A stretch of 64,000 bases of DNA from an uncultured Ruminococcus sp. (GTDB lineage: Bacteria; Bacillota; Clostridia; Oscillospirales; Ruminococcaceae), in assembly GCF_947301925.1 (NCBI RefSeq), contig NZ_CAMYUE010000002.1, forward strand, positions 190,131 through 254,130, written 5' to 3'. The notes under the pieces were generated by a model, which made no database searches, was not told the DNA's origin, and saw nothing but the letters and a program-made list of their open reading frames with translations. Below are positions 9,526 to 19,561 of this stretch, piece by piece (positions within the stretch are counted from its first letter, which is position 1; the number at the start of each line of letters is the position of its first letter). The translations under genes were made by a program, and so were the position numbers.

Positions 9526-11793
9526 TTGAAAGGATTTGCGGAAAATCTCAAATCTATCCTGATAATACTGCTGGTGGTCGTTCTGGCTCTGCTCAGCTCC
9601 CTTCGCCTCATGAAGATACAGGTGGTAGGCGACAAGGAGATCAAGGCTCCGCAGCTGTATGAGCCGGGCACACTGACCTATACCAAGGGCATAAAGGCTA
9701 CCCGAGGCGAGATAATGGACTACGCAGGCAATCTGCTGGTGACCAACGACTCCCGAACCGACCTTGTGCTCCGCATGGCCTTCTTCCCCACAGACCTCCA
9801 GGAGGGCAACAGGGCTCTGCTGGGTATATACCGCGCTCTGGAGGAAAGAGGCATAAAGTTCAAGGAGTCTATTCCCATATCGTTCAACAAGCCATATGTT
9901 TTCAAGTCGGAGGACACGGAGGAGCTCATCTCCGACCTTAACCTCAATATCTACGCAACTGCGGACAACTGCATAGACAAGCTCATTTCCGACTATGAGA
10001 TAAGCGATAAGTATACCGACGAGGAAAAGCGTATCATCGCAGGTATGCGCTATCAGATGATAGACAAGGACTTCTCCTACAGCAACGATCTCCTCCTTGC
10101 AGAGGGCGTTGACGAGCAGACTGTCATAGATATGAAGGAGCTGGGCAACTTCTACCGCGGCATCGAAGCCATAGACGCCTCCGAAAGGCGCGTGGTGCGC
10201 GGCGATATCCTCCCCCATGAGATAGGCACTGTCGGTCCTATCTACGCAGAGGAATACGACGAGCTGAAAACAAAGGGCTACAGCTATAACGATACTCTCG
10301 GAAAGAGCGGTATCGAAAAGGCCATGGAAACTCCCCTCCGCGGTATCAACGGCGAGGAGCAGATAGCCGTCAAGGACGGCGTTGTACGCGATATCAGGAC
10401 CATCACCGAGGCCACCTCGGGCGAGACCGTAAAGCTCACCGTTGACGGAAGCTTCCAGCTGAAGCTCCAGGGCATACTGGACAATTTCCTGACCAATACC
10501 TTCCCCGCCCTCAATCCCAAGCCATGGGTGCTGAAGGGAAACTGCGGAGCCATATGCGTTCTTGACGCCAAGACAGGCGCTGTTAAGGGTATGGCCACTG
10601 CTCCCACCTATAACCTGAAGGACTACGTTGAGAATTACGAGTATTTCTTACAGGCCAAGGATTCACCTCTGGTAAACCGCTGTACCTACGGCCTTTACCG
10701 TCCCGGATCCACATTCAAGACCATAACCGCTACCGCAGGCCTCAACGAGGGCGTGGTAACAGGCGGCACTCCCCTTGTATGTAATCAGGGCTATGATTTC
10801 TACGGAACACATTACTCATGTACGGGTTATCACGGCAATATCACCATGCGCCGTGCAATCGAGGTATCATGCAACTCGTACTTCTACGAGGTATCCCGTA
10901 TGCTGGGTATCGACAATATTACAAAATACGCAAAGCTCTACGGACTGGGTGCCAGCACTGGCATAGAGACAGGCGACGCTCCCGGTTACCTCTGTAACCC
11001 CGAGACCTTTGCCGAGCACGGTCAAGAATGGTATATCGGTTACGTTATACAGGCAGGTATCGGTAACCAGGACTGCGGCATGACTCCCATTCAGATGGCA
11101 ACGGTCGCCAATACTATCGCAAACCGCGGTATCAGATATCAGCCATATCTCGTCGACAGCTACTATGACTACGGTACAGGCAGTCTCATCAGAAAGACCG
11201 AGCCCACCATTGCCCAGCAGATAGAGCTGAATACTCCCGACCTCTATGATTATATCGTAGGCGGTATGATGGACGCCGCAAAGAATATGCCTGCCAAGTA
11301 CTCGCTCAGCGACCTTGGCTTCGATGTGGCTATCAAGACAGGTACTCCCCAGACAGGTAAGGTGCTGGACGAGCAGAACTCCTTCTTCATCGGCTTCGCT
11401 CCCGCAAACAATCCCGAGATAGCCTTTGCAGGCGTTATCGAGAGCGGTGAATACTCCAAGTACATGATACGCGATATCCTTCTCGCATATCAGGAGTGCT
11501 ACGGTCTTAACGGAGTAAAGCCCACCAAGCAGAAGCTCCCCGAGGAGGTCCGTCACGAACTGGTGACCTCCACAACTACGGAGTCCACCATAACTACCAC
11601 CACTACAACCGAGGCTATCGTAACAACAGAAGCTCCCTATGTGCCCGAGACCGAGGCTCCCTATGAGCAGCCCCAGCAGCCTCAGCAGCAGCCCTGGACA
11701 GAATATCCCGCTGCTGTCCCCACAGAGCCTACAACTGCATACGACCCCAACGGCTACGCTCCCGAGGCCTCTCAGGAGCCCGACTACAACTGA
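9526..11793 (+). CDS. mrdA: Penicillin-binding protein 2 (elongation transpeptidase)
   Basis: 755 aa with a TM anchor, a PBP dimerisation domain and the transpeptidase triad GSTFK / SCN / KTGT. It has a Thr/Pro/Gln-rich C-terminal tail and a TTG start. Confidence 0.9.
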   Translation: MKGFAENLKSILIILLVVVLALLSSLRLMKIQVVGDKEIKAPQLYEPGTLTYTKGIKATRGEIMDYAGNLLVTNDSRTDLVLRMAFFPTDLQEGNRALLGIYRALEERGIKFKESIPISFNKPYVFKSEDTEELISDLNLNIYATADNCIDKLISDYEISDKYTDEEKRIIAGMRYQMIDKDFSYSNDLLLAEGVDEQTVIDMKELGNFYRGIEAIDASERRVVRGDILPHEIGTVGPIYAEEYDELKTKGYSYNDTLGKSGIEKAMETPLRGINGEEQIAVKDGVVRDIRTITEATSGETVKLTVDGSFQLKLQGILDNFLTNTFPALNPKPWVLKGNCGAICVLDAKTGAVKGMATAPTYNLKDYVENYEYFLQAKDSPLVNRCTYGLYRPGSTFKTITATAGLNEGVVTGGTPLVCNQGYDFYGTHYSCTGYHGNITMRRAIEVSCNSYFYEVSRMLGIDNITKYAKLYGLGASTGIETGDAPGYLCNPETFAEHGQEWYIGYVIQAGIGNQDCGMTPIQMATVANTIANRGIRYQPYLVDSYYDYGTGSLIRKTEPTIAQQIELNTPDLYDYIVGGMMDAAKNMPAKYSLSDLGFDVAIKTGTPQTGKVLDEQNSFFIGFAPANNPEIAFAGVIESGEYSKYMIRDILLAYQECYGLNGVKPTKQKLPEEVRHELVTSTTTESTITTTTTTEAIVTTEAPYVPETEAPYEQPQQPQQQPWTEYPAAVPTEPTTAYDPNGYAPEASQEPDYN

Positions 11794-11821
11794 CATAATA
11801 AGTCAAATATAGCAATAATTG

Positions 11822-11860
11822 AACAGCATTCGGAATTTATATCCCGAATGCTGTTTTTTT
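11822..11860 (+). terminator. Intrinsic terminator after PBP2
   Basis: 12-bp stem AACAGCATTCGG/CCGAATGCTGTT followed by T7. Confidence 0.85.
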
Positions 11861-11863
11861 GAC

Positions 11864-11892
11864 TTGACATAAGCAGATTTTACGGTTATAAT
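11864..11892 (+). promoter_or_regulatory. Sigma-A promoter for the VanW-family gene
   Basis: TTGACA, a 17-nt spacer, then TATAAT immediately after the terminator. Confidence 0.65.
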
Positions 11893-11910
11893 TGATAATA
11901 AATAAACAAA

Positions 11911-12771
11911 GTGGAGATGACAACAATCAAAAGGAAGCTTTTTTGCGAGATATCGCCCCTGACCTATGCGATATCCGAGAAAAAATGTATATTTATAAGG
12001 TCAGTGAAAAACCTTGTGGGGCTGCGGCACCTTGCAAAGACCAGACAGGAAAAGAATCTGAAGTATGTTATCTACAGGCATAATTCACTCATAAGACGCA
12101 GGCTGGGCAACGTAAATATGGAGCTCCAGGAGAACAAGGCTGTAAACCTCGGCCTTGCCGCTCCGAAAATAAACAAGATACTTATACGCCCCGGCGAGAC
12201 CTTCTCATTCTGGTATCTGGTGGGAAAGACCACTGCCAAAATGGGCTACAAGGAGGGACTTACCATATTCGGCGACCACACCGCTTCGGGAACAGGCGGC
12301 GGAATGTGCCAGATGACAAATCTCATCCACTGGATGATACTTCATTCGGAAATGAAGATAACCGAGCACCACCACCATGACGGTCTCGATCTCTTCCCCG
12401 ACTTCCAGCGAAAGATCCCCTTCGGCACAGGTACATCCATAATGTACAATTATCTGGACTACCGCTTCAGGAATACCACTGACAGAACGTACCAGCTCAT
12501 AGTGTATACTACCGATGAATACCTCTGCGGCGAGCTCCGTGCGGACAGCCCCCAGCGCTACAAGTACCATATACAGGCCGAGGACGTTTACTTCTCCCGC
12601 GAGAACGGCGTTGTCTACCGCAACGGCAAGGTCTACCGCGACAAGGTGGACTGCGTCACAGGCAACCACCTTGGCAGAAAGCTCATCCGCGTGAACCACG
12701 CAAAGGTAATGTACGATACCGAGGGTCTGGATATCAGGGAGGAAGTCCCCTCCGAAGAAGCTACAGTATAA
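11911..12771 (+). CDS. VanW family protein
   Basis: 286 aa. The conserved VanW core (GETFSFW...GGGMCQMTNLIHW) is recognised. The exact start is uncertain (GTG 11911 or ATG 11917). Confidence 0.78.
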   Translation: MEMTTIKRKLFCEISPLTYAISEKKCIFIRSVKNLVGLRHLAKTRQEKNLKYVIYRHNSLIRRRLGNVNMELQENKAVNLGLAAPKINKILIRPGETFSFWYLVGKTTAKMGYKEGLTIFGDHTASGTGGGMCQMTNLIHWMILHSEMKITEHHHHDGLDLFPDFQRKIPFGTGTSIMYNYLDYRFRNTTDRTYQLIVYTTDEYLCGELRADSPQRYKYHIQAEDVYFSRENGVVYRNGKVYRDKVDCVTGNHLGRKLIRVNHAKVMYDTEGLDIREEVPSEEATV

Positions 12772-12783
12772 ACAGTACAGTTT

Positions 12784-12822
12784 TGCCCCGAAGCATATCA
12801 AAGAGCTTCGGGGCATTTTATT
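12784..12822 (+). terminator. Intrinsic terminator after VanW
   Basis: 11-bp stem TGCCCCGAAGC/GCTTCGGGGCA followed by TTTTATT. Confidence 0.85.
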
Positions 12823-12920
12823 CGTAAGCTATACGGTCTACGTTATTTTTATTGATAGTCTTTTCCTTTTCTATGTATATTTTCCGATTTTATGACAAAA
12901 ATAATGTCGGAGGTGTTAGT

Positions 12921-13709
12921 GTGAAGAAAAACGAACTGACCGATAAGCATTACGGAAAAGGCTCAAAGGGCTTCTACGCCGCACTGGGTATCAGCGCCGT
13001 CATGATAGGAGCTGCCTGCCTTTTCGCTCACAAGCAGGGGGACAAGCTCCCGGAGATACGTCCCTCGGCGGAAAAAGCGCCAATAGTACAGGACGCTCAG
13101 GTCAACAGGCCTGTTACCGACATACCCAAGGTCACAGCTCCGGCATACAGAGTTACGACACAGACTGTCACCGCTCCTGTGTTCAGCGACGAACCTCAGG
13201 TCACCATTCCTGCTGCGGATATCATCGCCGATGTCCCGCCCGGACAGGAACACGGCTTTGCGGAGCAGCCAGCGGCGGCGGTGGAGAATATGTCGGGGGC
13301 AGGAGCTCCGCTGAAAGAAATGAGCAATGTACTGACCCCTTTCAGCGGCGGCGAGCTGGTAAAGAACGAGACCACAGGCACCTGGCAGACCCATAACGGT
13401 ACGGATATTGCCGCCGAGGTGGGAACTGACGTCTATGCCACTGAAAGCGGCGAGATAACCGCTGTCACAAAGGATCCTCTCTGGGGCGTGACAGTCCTCA
13501 TCGACCACAAAAACGGCTTTACCACAAAATACTGCGGACTTGGCTCCGATCTTGCGGTACAGCAGGGCGATACCGTCACCACAGGCGACCTCATCGGAGC
13601 TGTGGGCGAAACAGCTGATATAGAGAGCTCGGTACAGAGCCATCTGCATATCGAGATAACCCACAACGGAGACTTTATTGACCCCATGACCGTTCTCAGC
13701 ACACAGTAA
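12921..13709 (+). CDS. M23 (LytM-type) metallopeptidase, membrane anchored
   Basis: HNGTDIAA...DVYA...HLHIEITHNG matches the M23 HxxxD / HxH motifs, and there is an N-terminal TM. The start is moved to the GTG preceded by GGAGGTG (codon 24 of the track ORF). Confidence 0.85.
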   Translation: MKKNELTDKHYGKGSKGFYAALGISAVMIGAACLFAHKQGDKLPEIRPSAEKAPIVQDAQVNRPVTDIPKVTAPAYRVTTQTVTAPVFSDEPQVTIPAADIIADVPPGQEHGFAEQPAAAVENMSGAGAPLKEMSNVLTPFSGGELVKNETTGTWQTHNGTDIAAEVGTDVYATESGEITAVTKDPLWGVTVLIDHKNGFTTKYCGLGSDLAVQQGDTVTTGDLIGAVGETADIESSVQSHLHIEITHNGDFIDPMTVLSTQ

Positions 13710-13715
13710 AAAAGG

Positions 13716-13746
13716 ATCACTTCCGCAAAACGGGAGTGATTTTTTT
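13716..13746 (+). terminator. Intrinsic terminator after the M23 peptidase
   Basis: 10-bp stem ATCACTTCCG/CGGGAGTGAT followed by T6. Confidence 0.8.
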
Positions 13747-13747
13747 C

Positions 13748-13776
13748 TTGACATTTTTCATTTTATGTGGTATAAT
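13748..13776 (+). promoter_or_regulatory. Sigma-A promoter (extended -10)
   Basis: TTGACA, a 17-nt spacer, then TATAAT with TGG immediately upstream (TGGTATAAT). Confidence 0.7.
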
Positions 13777-13809
13777 CCGATTTATATTTTATAAATCGGA
13801 GGTATCATC

Positions 13810-14349
13810 ATGAATGCACTTATCATCAATTGCAGTCCCGTGCGAAACGGCGCTACTGCGGAGATAGTCCGTATAATCACCGAAGAGCTGTCAGGGCGTT
13901 ACAACGCAAAGGCCGTATGTATAGACGACTACAGCTTCAGCTTCTGCAAGGGCTGCCGAAGCTGCCACAAAACTGCAATGTGCGTTCAGAAAGACGATGT
14001 GGAGACTCTGATGGATGAATTCGAGAAGGCAGACATCATCGTGTGCGTGGCTCCCTCCTACTGGGCGGATGTGCCAGCCCAGTTCAAGGCCTTTATCGAC
14101 AGGTGTACTCCCTGGAGCAATACCCACCAGCCTCACAGAAGTCTAAGCAGGGGCAAAAAAGGCTATGCTGCTGTTCTGCGGACAGGTCCCAATATGAAGG
14201 AGTGTGAGCGGCTCATAGGTACTATCGAGCATTTCTACGGTCACCTTGAGATAGAAGCCTGCGGACATATGGGACTGTGCTCGGTGGAATGCAGAGACGA
14301 TGTAGAGCCAAGGATCAGCGAGATCAAGGCCTTCTGCAATGATATATGA
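13810..14349 (+). CDS. Flavodoxin-fold iron-sulfur flavoprotein (Isf-like NADPH-dependent FMN reductase family)
   Basis: 179 aa with the N-terminal flavodoxin-like INCSPVRNG and a compact Cys motif CKGCRSCHKTAMC typical of Isf proteins. Confidence 0.7.
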   Translation: MNALIINCSPVRNGATAEIVRIITEELSGRYNAKAVCIDDYSFSFCKGCRSCHKTAMCVQKDDVETLMDEFEKADIIVCVAPSYWADVPAQFKAFIDRCTPWSNTHQPHRSLSRGKKGYAAVLRTGPNMKECERLIGTIEHFYGHLEIEACGHMGLCSVECRDDVEPRISEIKAFCNDI

Positions 14350-14351
14350 AA

Positions 14352-14387
14352 CAAAAAAGCCTGAGGAAATATCCTCAGGCCTTTGTT
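14352..14387. terminator. Bidirectional terminator between convergent genes
   Basis: GCCTGAGGA/TCCTCAGGC stem flanked by an A-run upstream and a T-rich tract downstream. Confidence 0.7.
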
Positions 14388-14389
14388 AT

Positions 14390-14719
14390 CTATCTGGGGG
14401 GAAGGAACGAATTCAATGTATTGACAAACTTCAGAACATTTCCTTCATTTCTTGATTTTGCAGCGATCTCTGTACCAAGATTTGACACGCTGGCAATATT
14501 CACGCCTGTCTTTCCGTCGGGAAGGACACCCAGTGTGATATTTACCTTTTCACCGTATGTCAGAAGTGAGAGACCTGTAGAAAACTGCACCTTATATGCT
14601 GCTCTGTCAGCCTTCTTGAGCTTCAGCTTCAGAGTGGAACCGGTACGCATGACCGCATCCAGCACATAATTTATATCATAATTGTAGACATAGTTCTGCT
14701 CATAATGTCCCCAAGCCAT
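14390..14719 (-). CDS. Hypothetical protein
   Basis: 109-aa ORF with coding-like composition and an RBS (AGGAGGGAACAGCTATG). No family recognised. Confidence 0.5.
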   Translation of the reverse strand: MAWGHYEQNYVYNYDINYVLDAVMRTGSTLKLKLKKADRAAYKVQFSTGLSLLTYGEKVNITLGVLPDGKTGVNIASVSNLGTEIAAKSRNEGNVLKFVNTLNSFLPPR

Positions 14720-14739
14720 AGCTGTTCCCTCCTAAGAAA

Positions 14740-15603
14740 TTATGCCTTGTTAACGCTTCCGAAGAGCTCCATCTTCTCCTTGACCTTAGCCTTGATAGCC
14801 TCAACACCGGGTGCGAGAAGCTTTCTGGGATCGAAGCCCTTGCCCTGCTTGTCCTTGCCTGCCTCAACGTAGCCTCTTGTAGCCTCAGCGAATACCAGCT
14901 GGCACTCTGTGTTAACGTTGATCTTTGCAACGCCGAGAGAGATAGCCTTTGTGATCATATCGTCGGGGATACCTGTACCGCCGTGGAGAACCAGAGGCAT
15001 ATCGCCTACTGTCTTGTTGATAGCCTCGAGAGTCTCAAAGCTGAGTCCCTCCCAGTTTGCAGGATATACGCCGTGGATATTACCGATACCTGCTGCGAGG
15101 AAATCTACGCCAAGATCAGCGATCATCTTGCACTCTGCGGGATCTGCGCACTCGCCCTTGCCGATAACGCCGTCCTCTTCGCCGCCGATAGCGCCTACCT
15201 CTGCCTCGATTGAGAGACCAAGGTTATGAGCAGCGTTTACCAGCTCTGTTGTCTTGGCAACGTTCTCGTCGATGGGGAAGTGTGAACCGTCGAACATGAT
15301 AGATGTAAAGCCTGCCTTGATGCACTTGTAGCAAGCCTCATATGAGCCGTGGTCGAGGTGAAGTGCAACGGGAACTGTGATACCGAGAGACTTGTCCATT
15401 GCTGCTACCATAGCTGCAACTGTCTCGAAGCCGCACATATACTTGCCTGCGCCCTCTGATACACCGAGGATAACGGGAGAATTGCACTCCTGAGCTGTAA
15501 GGAGAATAGCCTTAGTCCACTCAAGGTTGTTGATATTGAACTGACCAACTGCGTATTTGCCTGCTCTTGCTTTCTGGAGCATTTCTGTAGCTGAAGTTAA
15601 CAT
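14740..15603 (-). CDS. fba: Fructose-bisphosphate aldolase, class II
   Basis: 287 aa with HLDHG, MFDGSH and LVLHGGTGIP motifs of class IIB aldolases. Confidence 0.95.
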   Translation of the reverse strand: MLTSATEMLQKARAGKYAVGQFNINNLEWTKAILLTAQECNSPVILGVSEGAGKYMCGFETVAAMVAAMDKSLGITVPVALHLDHGSYEACYKCIKAGFTSIMFDGSHFPIDENVAKTTELVNAAHNLGLSIEAEVGAIGGEEDGVIGKGECADPAECKMIADLGVDFLAAGIGNIHGVYPANWEGLSFETLEAINKTVGDMPLVLHGGTGIPDDMITKAISLGVAKINVNTECQLVFAEATRGYVEAGKDKQGKGFDPRKLLAPGVEAIKAKVKEKMELFGSVNKA

Positions 15604-15657
15604 AGATATAATTCCTCCTGAGAATTCATTTACGGGGCTTCTGACCCCATCGTTAAT

Positions 15658-15686
15658 ATTATATCATAGCTTGCTGTGAATTGCAA
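15658..15686 (-). promoter_or_regulatory. Sigma-A promoter for fba
   Basis: On the - strand: TTGCAA, a 17-nt spacer, then TATAAT with an extended TG (TGATATAAT). Confidence 0.65.
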
Positions 15687-15911
15687 GAGTTTAATAAAAA
15701 TTTAGCAATAATAGTCTATTCAGCAAGTTTTTAGCGATCAGTGTGCACAGTGAATAGCAGAACTGATCAGACAGGCTGTTTACAAGGCTTTATGAGGATA
15801 ATGCTTCAGGTAAGATATCCGATGAACGCTGCGCTATGATATCGGCGGGATATGAGGACGAGCTGATGGAGAGCCTTTTCTTGAATAAATGCTGTTTCAG
15901 GCGTTCTGTTC

Positions 15912-16280
15912 TCAGAGCAGAACTTCATTCGTTCGATACTGTATTTCGTAATGAAGTACCTTTTTACACAAGTTACAGTAGGTTTTTATTTCACGGCGCT
16001 GGTATTCGCGCTTTACCCAATAAATACGTAATCTATTAGTAAATAGTCCATAACCCGCAGACACCCCGGGAACAGCGATACTCTCTTCTTTATAAGTTAC
16101 CCAGCCTGAATCCTCAGTAACTACATGATAACTTCCTCCATGACAATTATTACAAGTAGTTGCACTTGCAACAATTGTGTTGTCCTTCTGCGGTGCGATA
16201 GTTTTTGTTAAGGTTGTTCCTGTTCCAAGGAGTGTGAATGCCATAGCAACTGCTATGAGTTTTTTGAATGCCTTTTTCAT
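15912..16280 (-). CDS. Small secreted Cys-containing protein, unknown function
   Basis: 122 aa with a signal peptide (MKKAFKKLIAVAMAFTLLG). It sits in a locally A+T-rich patch. Confidence 0.5.
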   Translation of the reverse strand: MKKAFKKLIAVAMAFTLLGTGTTLTKTIAPQKDNTIVASATTCNNCHGGSYHVVTEDSGWVTYKEESIAVPGVSAGYGLFTNRLRIYWVKREYQRREIKTYCNLCKKVLHYEIQYRTNEVLL

Positions 16281-16521
16281 TGTGTATCAAGTCCTTTACA
16301 TAATATTTAAGGGAACGCCCCTTATGCCGATATTATATATTACTTTCAAACTATTGTCAATATTTTTGTGTGATTATTCACAAATAAGAAACAAATGATA
16401 CAGGCAAGCCACATATGTAATTACTTGCAGAGAACGCCGCCTCCCCACGTTCCATGCAGTTATTTTGTAGTGGCACACAGTGTTCGCCTGTTTGTTTGCT
16501 TGGATATCCCAATACAAATAC

Positions 16522-16547
16522 AGGGGCTGATGACTACATCAGCCCCT
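16522..16547 (-). terminator. Intrinsic terminator of the DtxR-MurL-like-MurD-like-BFD operon
   Basis: 11-bp perfect stem AGGGGCTGATG/CATCAGCCCCT, with T-rich sequence after it on the - strand. Confidence 0.75.
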
Positions 16548-16592
16548 ACAAATCGTATATTGCATAAAGTCGAGGGCGGCGTCCCATGCCTA

Positions 16593-16790
16593 TCATGCCA
16601 TCATAATTTCTGATATAACTTTCATTATGTCATCATGACAGCCGCCGCAGCCCGTGGAACAGTGAGTAGCTTCCTGTACCTTGTCGAACAAAGCCACAAC
16701 GTCTGTGAGCTGCTCATTATCGTGAAGAGCGTCCTCAACATCGAAATAGGTAACGCCCATGCAGTGACATATCTCGTAATTCTCTTTCAT
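16593..16790 (-). CDS. BFD-like [2Fe-2S]-binding domain protein
   Basis: 65 aa with the Cys pattern CHC...(about 37 residues)...C..C..C typical of bacterioferritin-associated-ferredoxin-like domains. The ATG start sits 8 nt after GAGAGG (codon 4 of the track ORF). Confidence 0.75.
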   Translation of the reverse strand: MKENYEICHCMGVTYFDVEDALHDNEQLTDVVALFDKVQEATHCSTGCGGCHDDIMKVISEIMMA

Positions 16791-16818
16791 TTCAAACACC
16801 TCTCTGTAGCAAGTGAGT

Positions 16819-18162
16819 TTACTTCATATCGGAAACAAGCTTCTTGAAGGCGTCGCCGCGCTCCTCGAAGTTCTTGAATATGCCGTAGCTTGCAGCCGCA
16901 GGCGACATAACGCAGCTCATGCCCTCGGGAGTTATCTCCGCAGCAAGCTTCACTGCGTCCTCAAGGTGGTCTGCGTAGTATACGCGGGATCTTTTCATGA
17001 ACTCTTCCCTTGCCTGTATCATATCATATACTCTCTTTCCTGAAGCCTCCATGCAGATGACTCTCACGTCAAAGTCCGCAAGGAAGTCCACAAGGGGGGT
17101 ATAGTCGATGCCTCTGTCCATACCGCCTATGAGGATAGTTCCCACCTCGGGAACGCTCTGCAATGCAGATATTGCCGTAGCACAGGCAGTTGAGATAGAA
17201 TCGTCATACCAGCGTATGCCATTTACGGTGTCCACATATTCAAGGCGGTGAGCCAGCGGAGAGAATGTACAGAGAGCCTTTGTGAAGTCACCCTCCCGTA
17301 TGAACATGATTGCGATAAAGTAGGCAACAGCTATGTTGTAGTGATTGTGAACGCCGAGAAGCTTCACCTTGTCGGTGGGGATAACGTAGGGCTCTGCGCA
17401 GTGAACCATGCCGCTGTTCACATAAACATCGGCGCTGCTGTCCCTGTCAGAGACAGTGTAGGTGTTCCATGAGACAGGCTCTTTCGGAGCAATATCCGAA
17501 TTAATGAGCAGAACGTCGTTCTCATGCTGGTGCAGGTATATGTTCTTCTTGGCGTTATAGTAGTTTTCAAGTGTGCCGTAATGGTCGAGGTGCTCCTCAT
17601 AGAGATTGAGGAATACCGCGTACTTCGGCGATACGGTCATATACTCCAGCTGGTGGCACGAGAGCTCGCAGACCACGACTGTGTCCTCCTCCATGCCCTC
17701 GGCGATGTCGAAGACGGGGATACCGATATTTCCTGCGATACGGCAGTCAACTCCGCTCTCCTTCAGCACATGATATATAAGAGAGGTAACGGTGCTCTTG
17801 CCCTTGGTGCCCGTGATGCCGATTATCTGCTCGCGGAACACCTCGAAGAACACCTGCGTCTCGCAGGTTATCATGCAGGAGAGCTCCGAAAGCGGCTTCT
17901 CCAGCACGATACCAGGGCTCTTGAATACCATATCGAAGCTGTTCAGGCAGTCCTGATATTCCTTGCCGCATATGAGCTCCACGCTGTCGGGAAGGCCGTT
18001 CGCCTCACGGTCTACGGGATTGAGGTCGGCAATGGCCAGCGAGGCCTGTGCGCCGTATTTCTCAAGTATCCTGTAGGTGGACTTTCCCTCCCTGCCGAAG
18101 CCGAGTATGCACACTCTCCTGCCGTCGGTGTACCGTTTTATATAGTCTCCGAAATTATTCAA
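16819..18162 (-). CDS. MurD-type Mur ligase with a non-canonical glutamate-site motif (MurD2-like candidate)
   Basis: 447 aa with a Rossmann N-domain (VCILGFGREGKST), P-loop GITGTKGKSTV and C-domain LIGGMDRGIDY. The canonical MurD motif NDSKATN reads DDSISTA here. The TTG start overlaps the upstream stop (TTGA). Confidence 0.8.
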   Translation of the reverse strand: MNNFGDYIKRYTDGRRVCILGFGREGKSTYRILEKYGAQASLAIADLNPVDREANGLPDSVELICGKEYQDCLNSFDMVFKSPGIVLEKPLSELSCMITCETQVFFEVFREQIIGITGTKGKSTVTSLIYHVLKESGVDCRIAGNIGIPVFDIAEGMEEDTVVVCELSCHQLEYMTVSPKYAVFLNLYEEHLDHYGTLENYYNAKKNIYLHQHENDVLLINSDIAPKEPVSWNTYTVSDRDSSADVYVNSGMVHCAEPYVIPTDKVKLLGVHNHYNIAVAYFIAIMFIREGDFTKALCTFSPLAHRLEYVDTVNGIRWYDDSISTACATAISALQSVPEVGTILIGGMDRGIDYTPLVDFLADFDVRVICMEASGKRVYDMIQAREEFMKRSRVYYADHLEDAVKLAAEITPEGMSCVMSPAAASYGIFKNFEERGDAFKKLVSDMK

Positions 18163-19541
18163 AGCAGACGCTCCATTTCATTCTTTAGTATAGTTTTGAA
18201 TTCGTCGGGCAGAAGATTCTGCTCGTTGAAGGAGCTGCAATACTCCTTGTTGATGCGGTCAATGCTGACCGGGCTGTACATTCCCAGCGCCTTGTATTCC
18301 TCAAACAGCAGCGGGAGCTCCTCTCCTTCACGTTCAAGCCTGCGTATGGCAAGGGACACCGCAAGGTTCACCTCGTCGATACTGCCCACGCACTCAAAGG
18401 GCTTGTGCTCTGAGCGTCCTATGAGCTCGATGAAGTATTCCTTCATCTTCTCATCGTTGAGCATATCCTTTCCGAAAATGCCCCTGAGCTCAGAAAGGCT
18501 GAGGAAGGGCGAGAGTATCAGGCTGACAAACAGGCACTTGGGACACTCTCCGCACCATATATCGGGAGATACCTTGCTGCCCAGATTGCAGCTCCTGAAC
18601 ACGGGGAGATACTTTCTGTGAGATACGAACATCTTCGCTATCTGGAACTCTGAAAGAGGTCTCAGGAAGCTGAAGTAATACTGTCCCGTGCGCAGGTACT
18701 TCTCCTCATAGCTGTGGAAGTCCTGCTCGAACTCGAAGCTCTTGGAATACTGGTGATTAACGTCCTGCCCCACAACAGTGCTCTCGTTGGCGCTGGACTC
18801 GTTGGACAGAACGATGTATTTCAGGTCGTTGAGGTATGCGGTTATCTCCGCAGAAAAGGCAACTATCGCCGAAAAAGGCGTATGGCCGTTGATGAAGCCC
18901 TTACTGTTAAGGTCTACCAGCGAGCGGTCAAAGTGACGGTGAGCCGTTATCAGTGCCGACTCGGGAAGTCCCGCAGCCGCTACCGTACCGCTTATGGAGC
19001 GGCGCTTGTTTATGGAATAGCACTTGCAGTCCATGCCTGCGCCCACAAGAGTCTCAAGAGTGAGGGCTGAGTCCTTTCCGCCGCCTATTGGCACAAGACA
19101 GCCCTTGGGCTGACGGTCGGTCTCGGCAAGGGAGCTGTCATAGCTTCCCGCGGAGACTATCTCCACAAAGTCGTCGGGATCGGCAGATATGCCGTTTACG
19201 AAGAAAAGCTCGCCGAGTCCCATGAACCACAGCTTCTTCCACCACTTCTTCTGCTCCTCGTCCAGTTCTCCGCATTCTGCGCGGAAAAACGGCGAGCAGG
19301 TGGCCTTCCAGTAGCTTACCGCCTCGGCCATACCCAGTGAAAACGCCAGCCTTTCAAACTTCAGGTCGCCCTTTACGGACATACCCGCAGGCCTGGCAAA
19401 TGTCCAGCTGGGACGGAACTCCGCAAGTCCCTCTATGCCGAATTTATAGCCGATCTCAACGGTCTCGGCAGTCTCGTTGACGTTATAGGATCTGTAAACA
19501 AAAACGGGATACTTCTCCCTGAATTCTTCAAATTTACCCAT
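18159..19541 (-). CDS. PP-loop-like ATP-utilising protein (MurL-like epimerase candidate)
   Basis: 460 aa with PIGGGKDSALT (a variant of the PP-loop SGGxDS) and a C-terminal CGECPKC. It is translationally coupled to the MurD-type ligase. The start is ATG, 5 nt after GGAGG. Confidence 0.6.
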   Translation of the reverse strand: MGKFEEFREKYPVFVYRSYNVNETAETVEIGYKFGIEGLAEFRPSWTFARPAGMSVKGDLKFERLAFSLGMAEAVSYWKATCSPFFRAECGELDEEQKKWWKKLWFMGLGELFFVNGISADPDDFVEIVSAGSYDSSLAETDRQPKGCLVPIGGGKDSALTLETLVGAGMDCKCYSINKRRSISGTVAAAGLPESALITAHRHFDRSLVDLNSKGFINGHTPFSAIVAFSAEITAYLNDLKYIVLSNESSANESTVVGQDVNHQYSKSFEFEQDFHSYEEKYLRTGQYYFSFLRPLSEFQIAKMFVSHRKYLPVFRSCNLGSKVSPDIWCGECPKCLFVSLILSPFLSLSELRGIFGKDMLNDEKMKEYFIELIGRSEHKPFECVGSIDEVNLAVSLAIRRLEREGEELPLLFEEYKALGMYSPVSIDRINKEYCSSFNEQNLLPDEFKTILKNEMERLL

Positions 19542-19561
19542 TGCTGCCTCCGCTCGGTGTC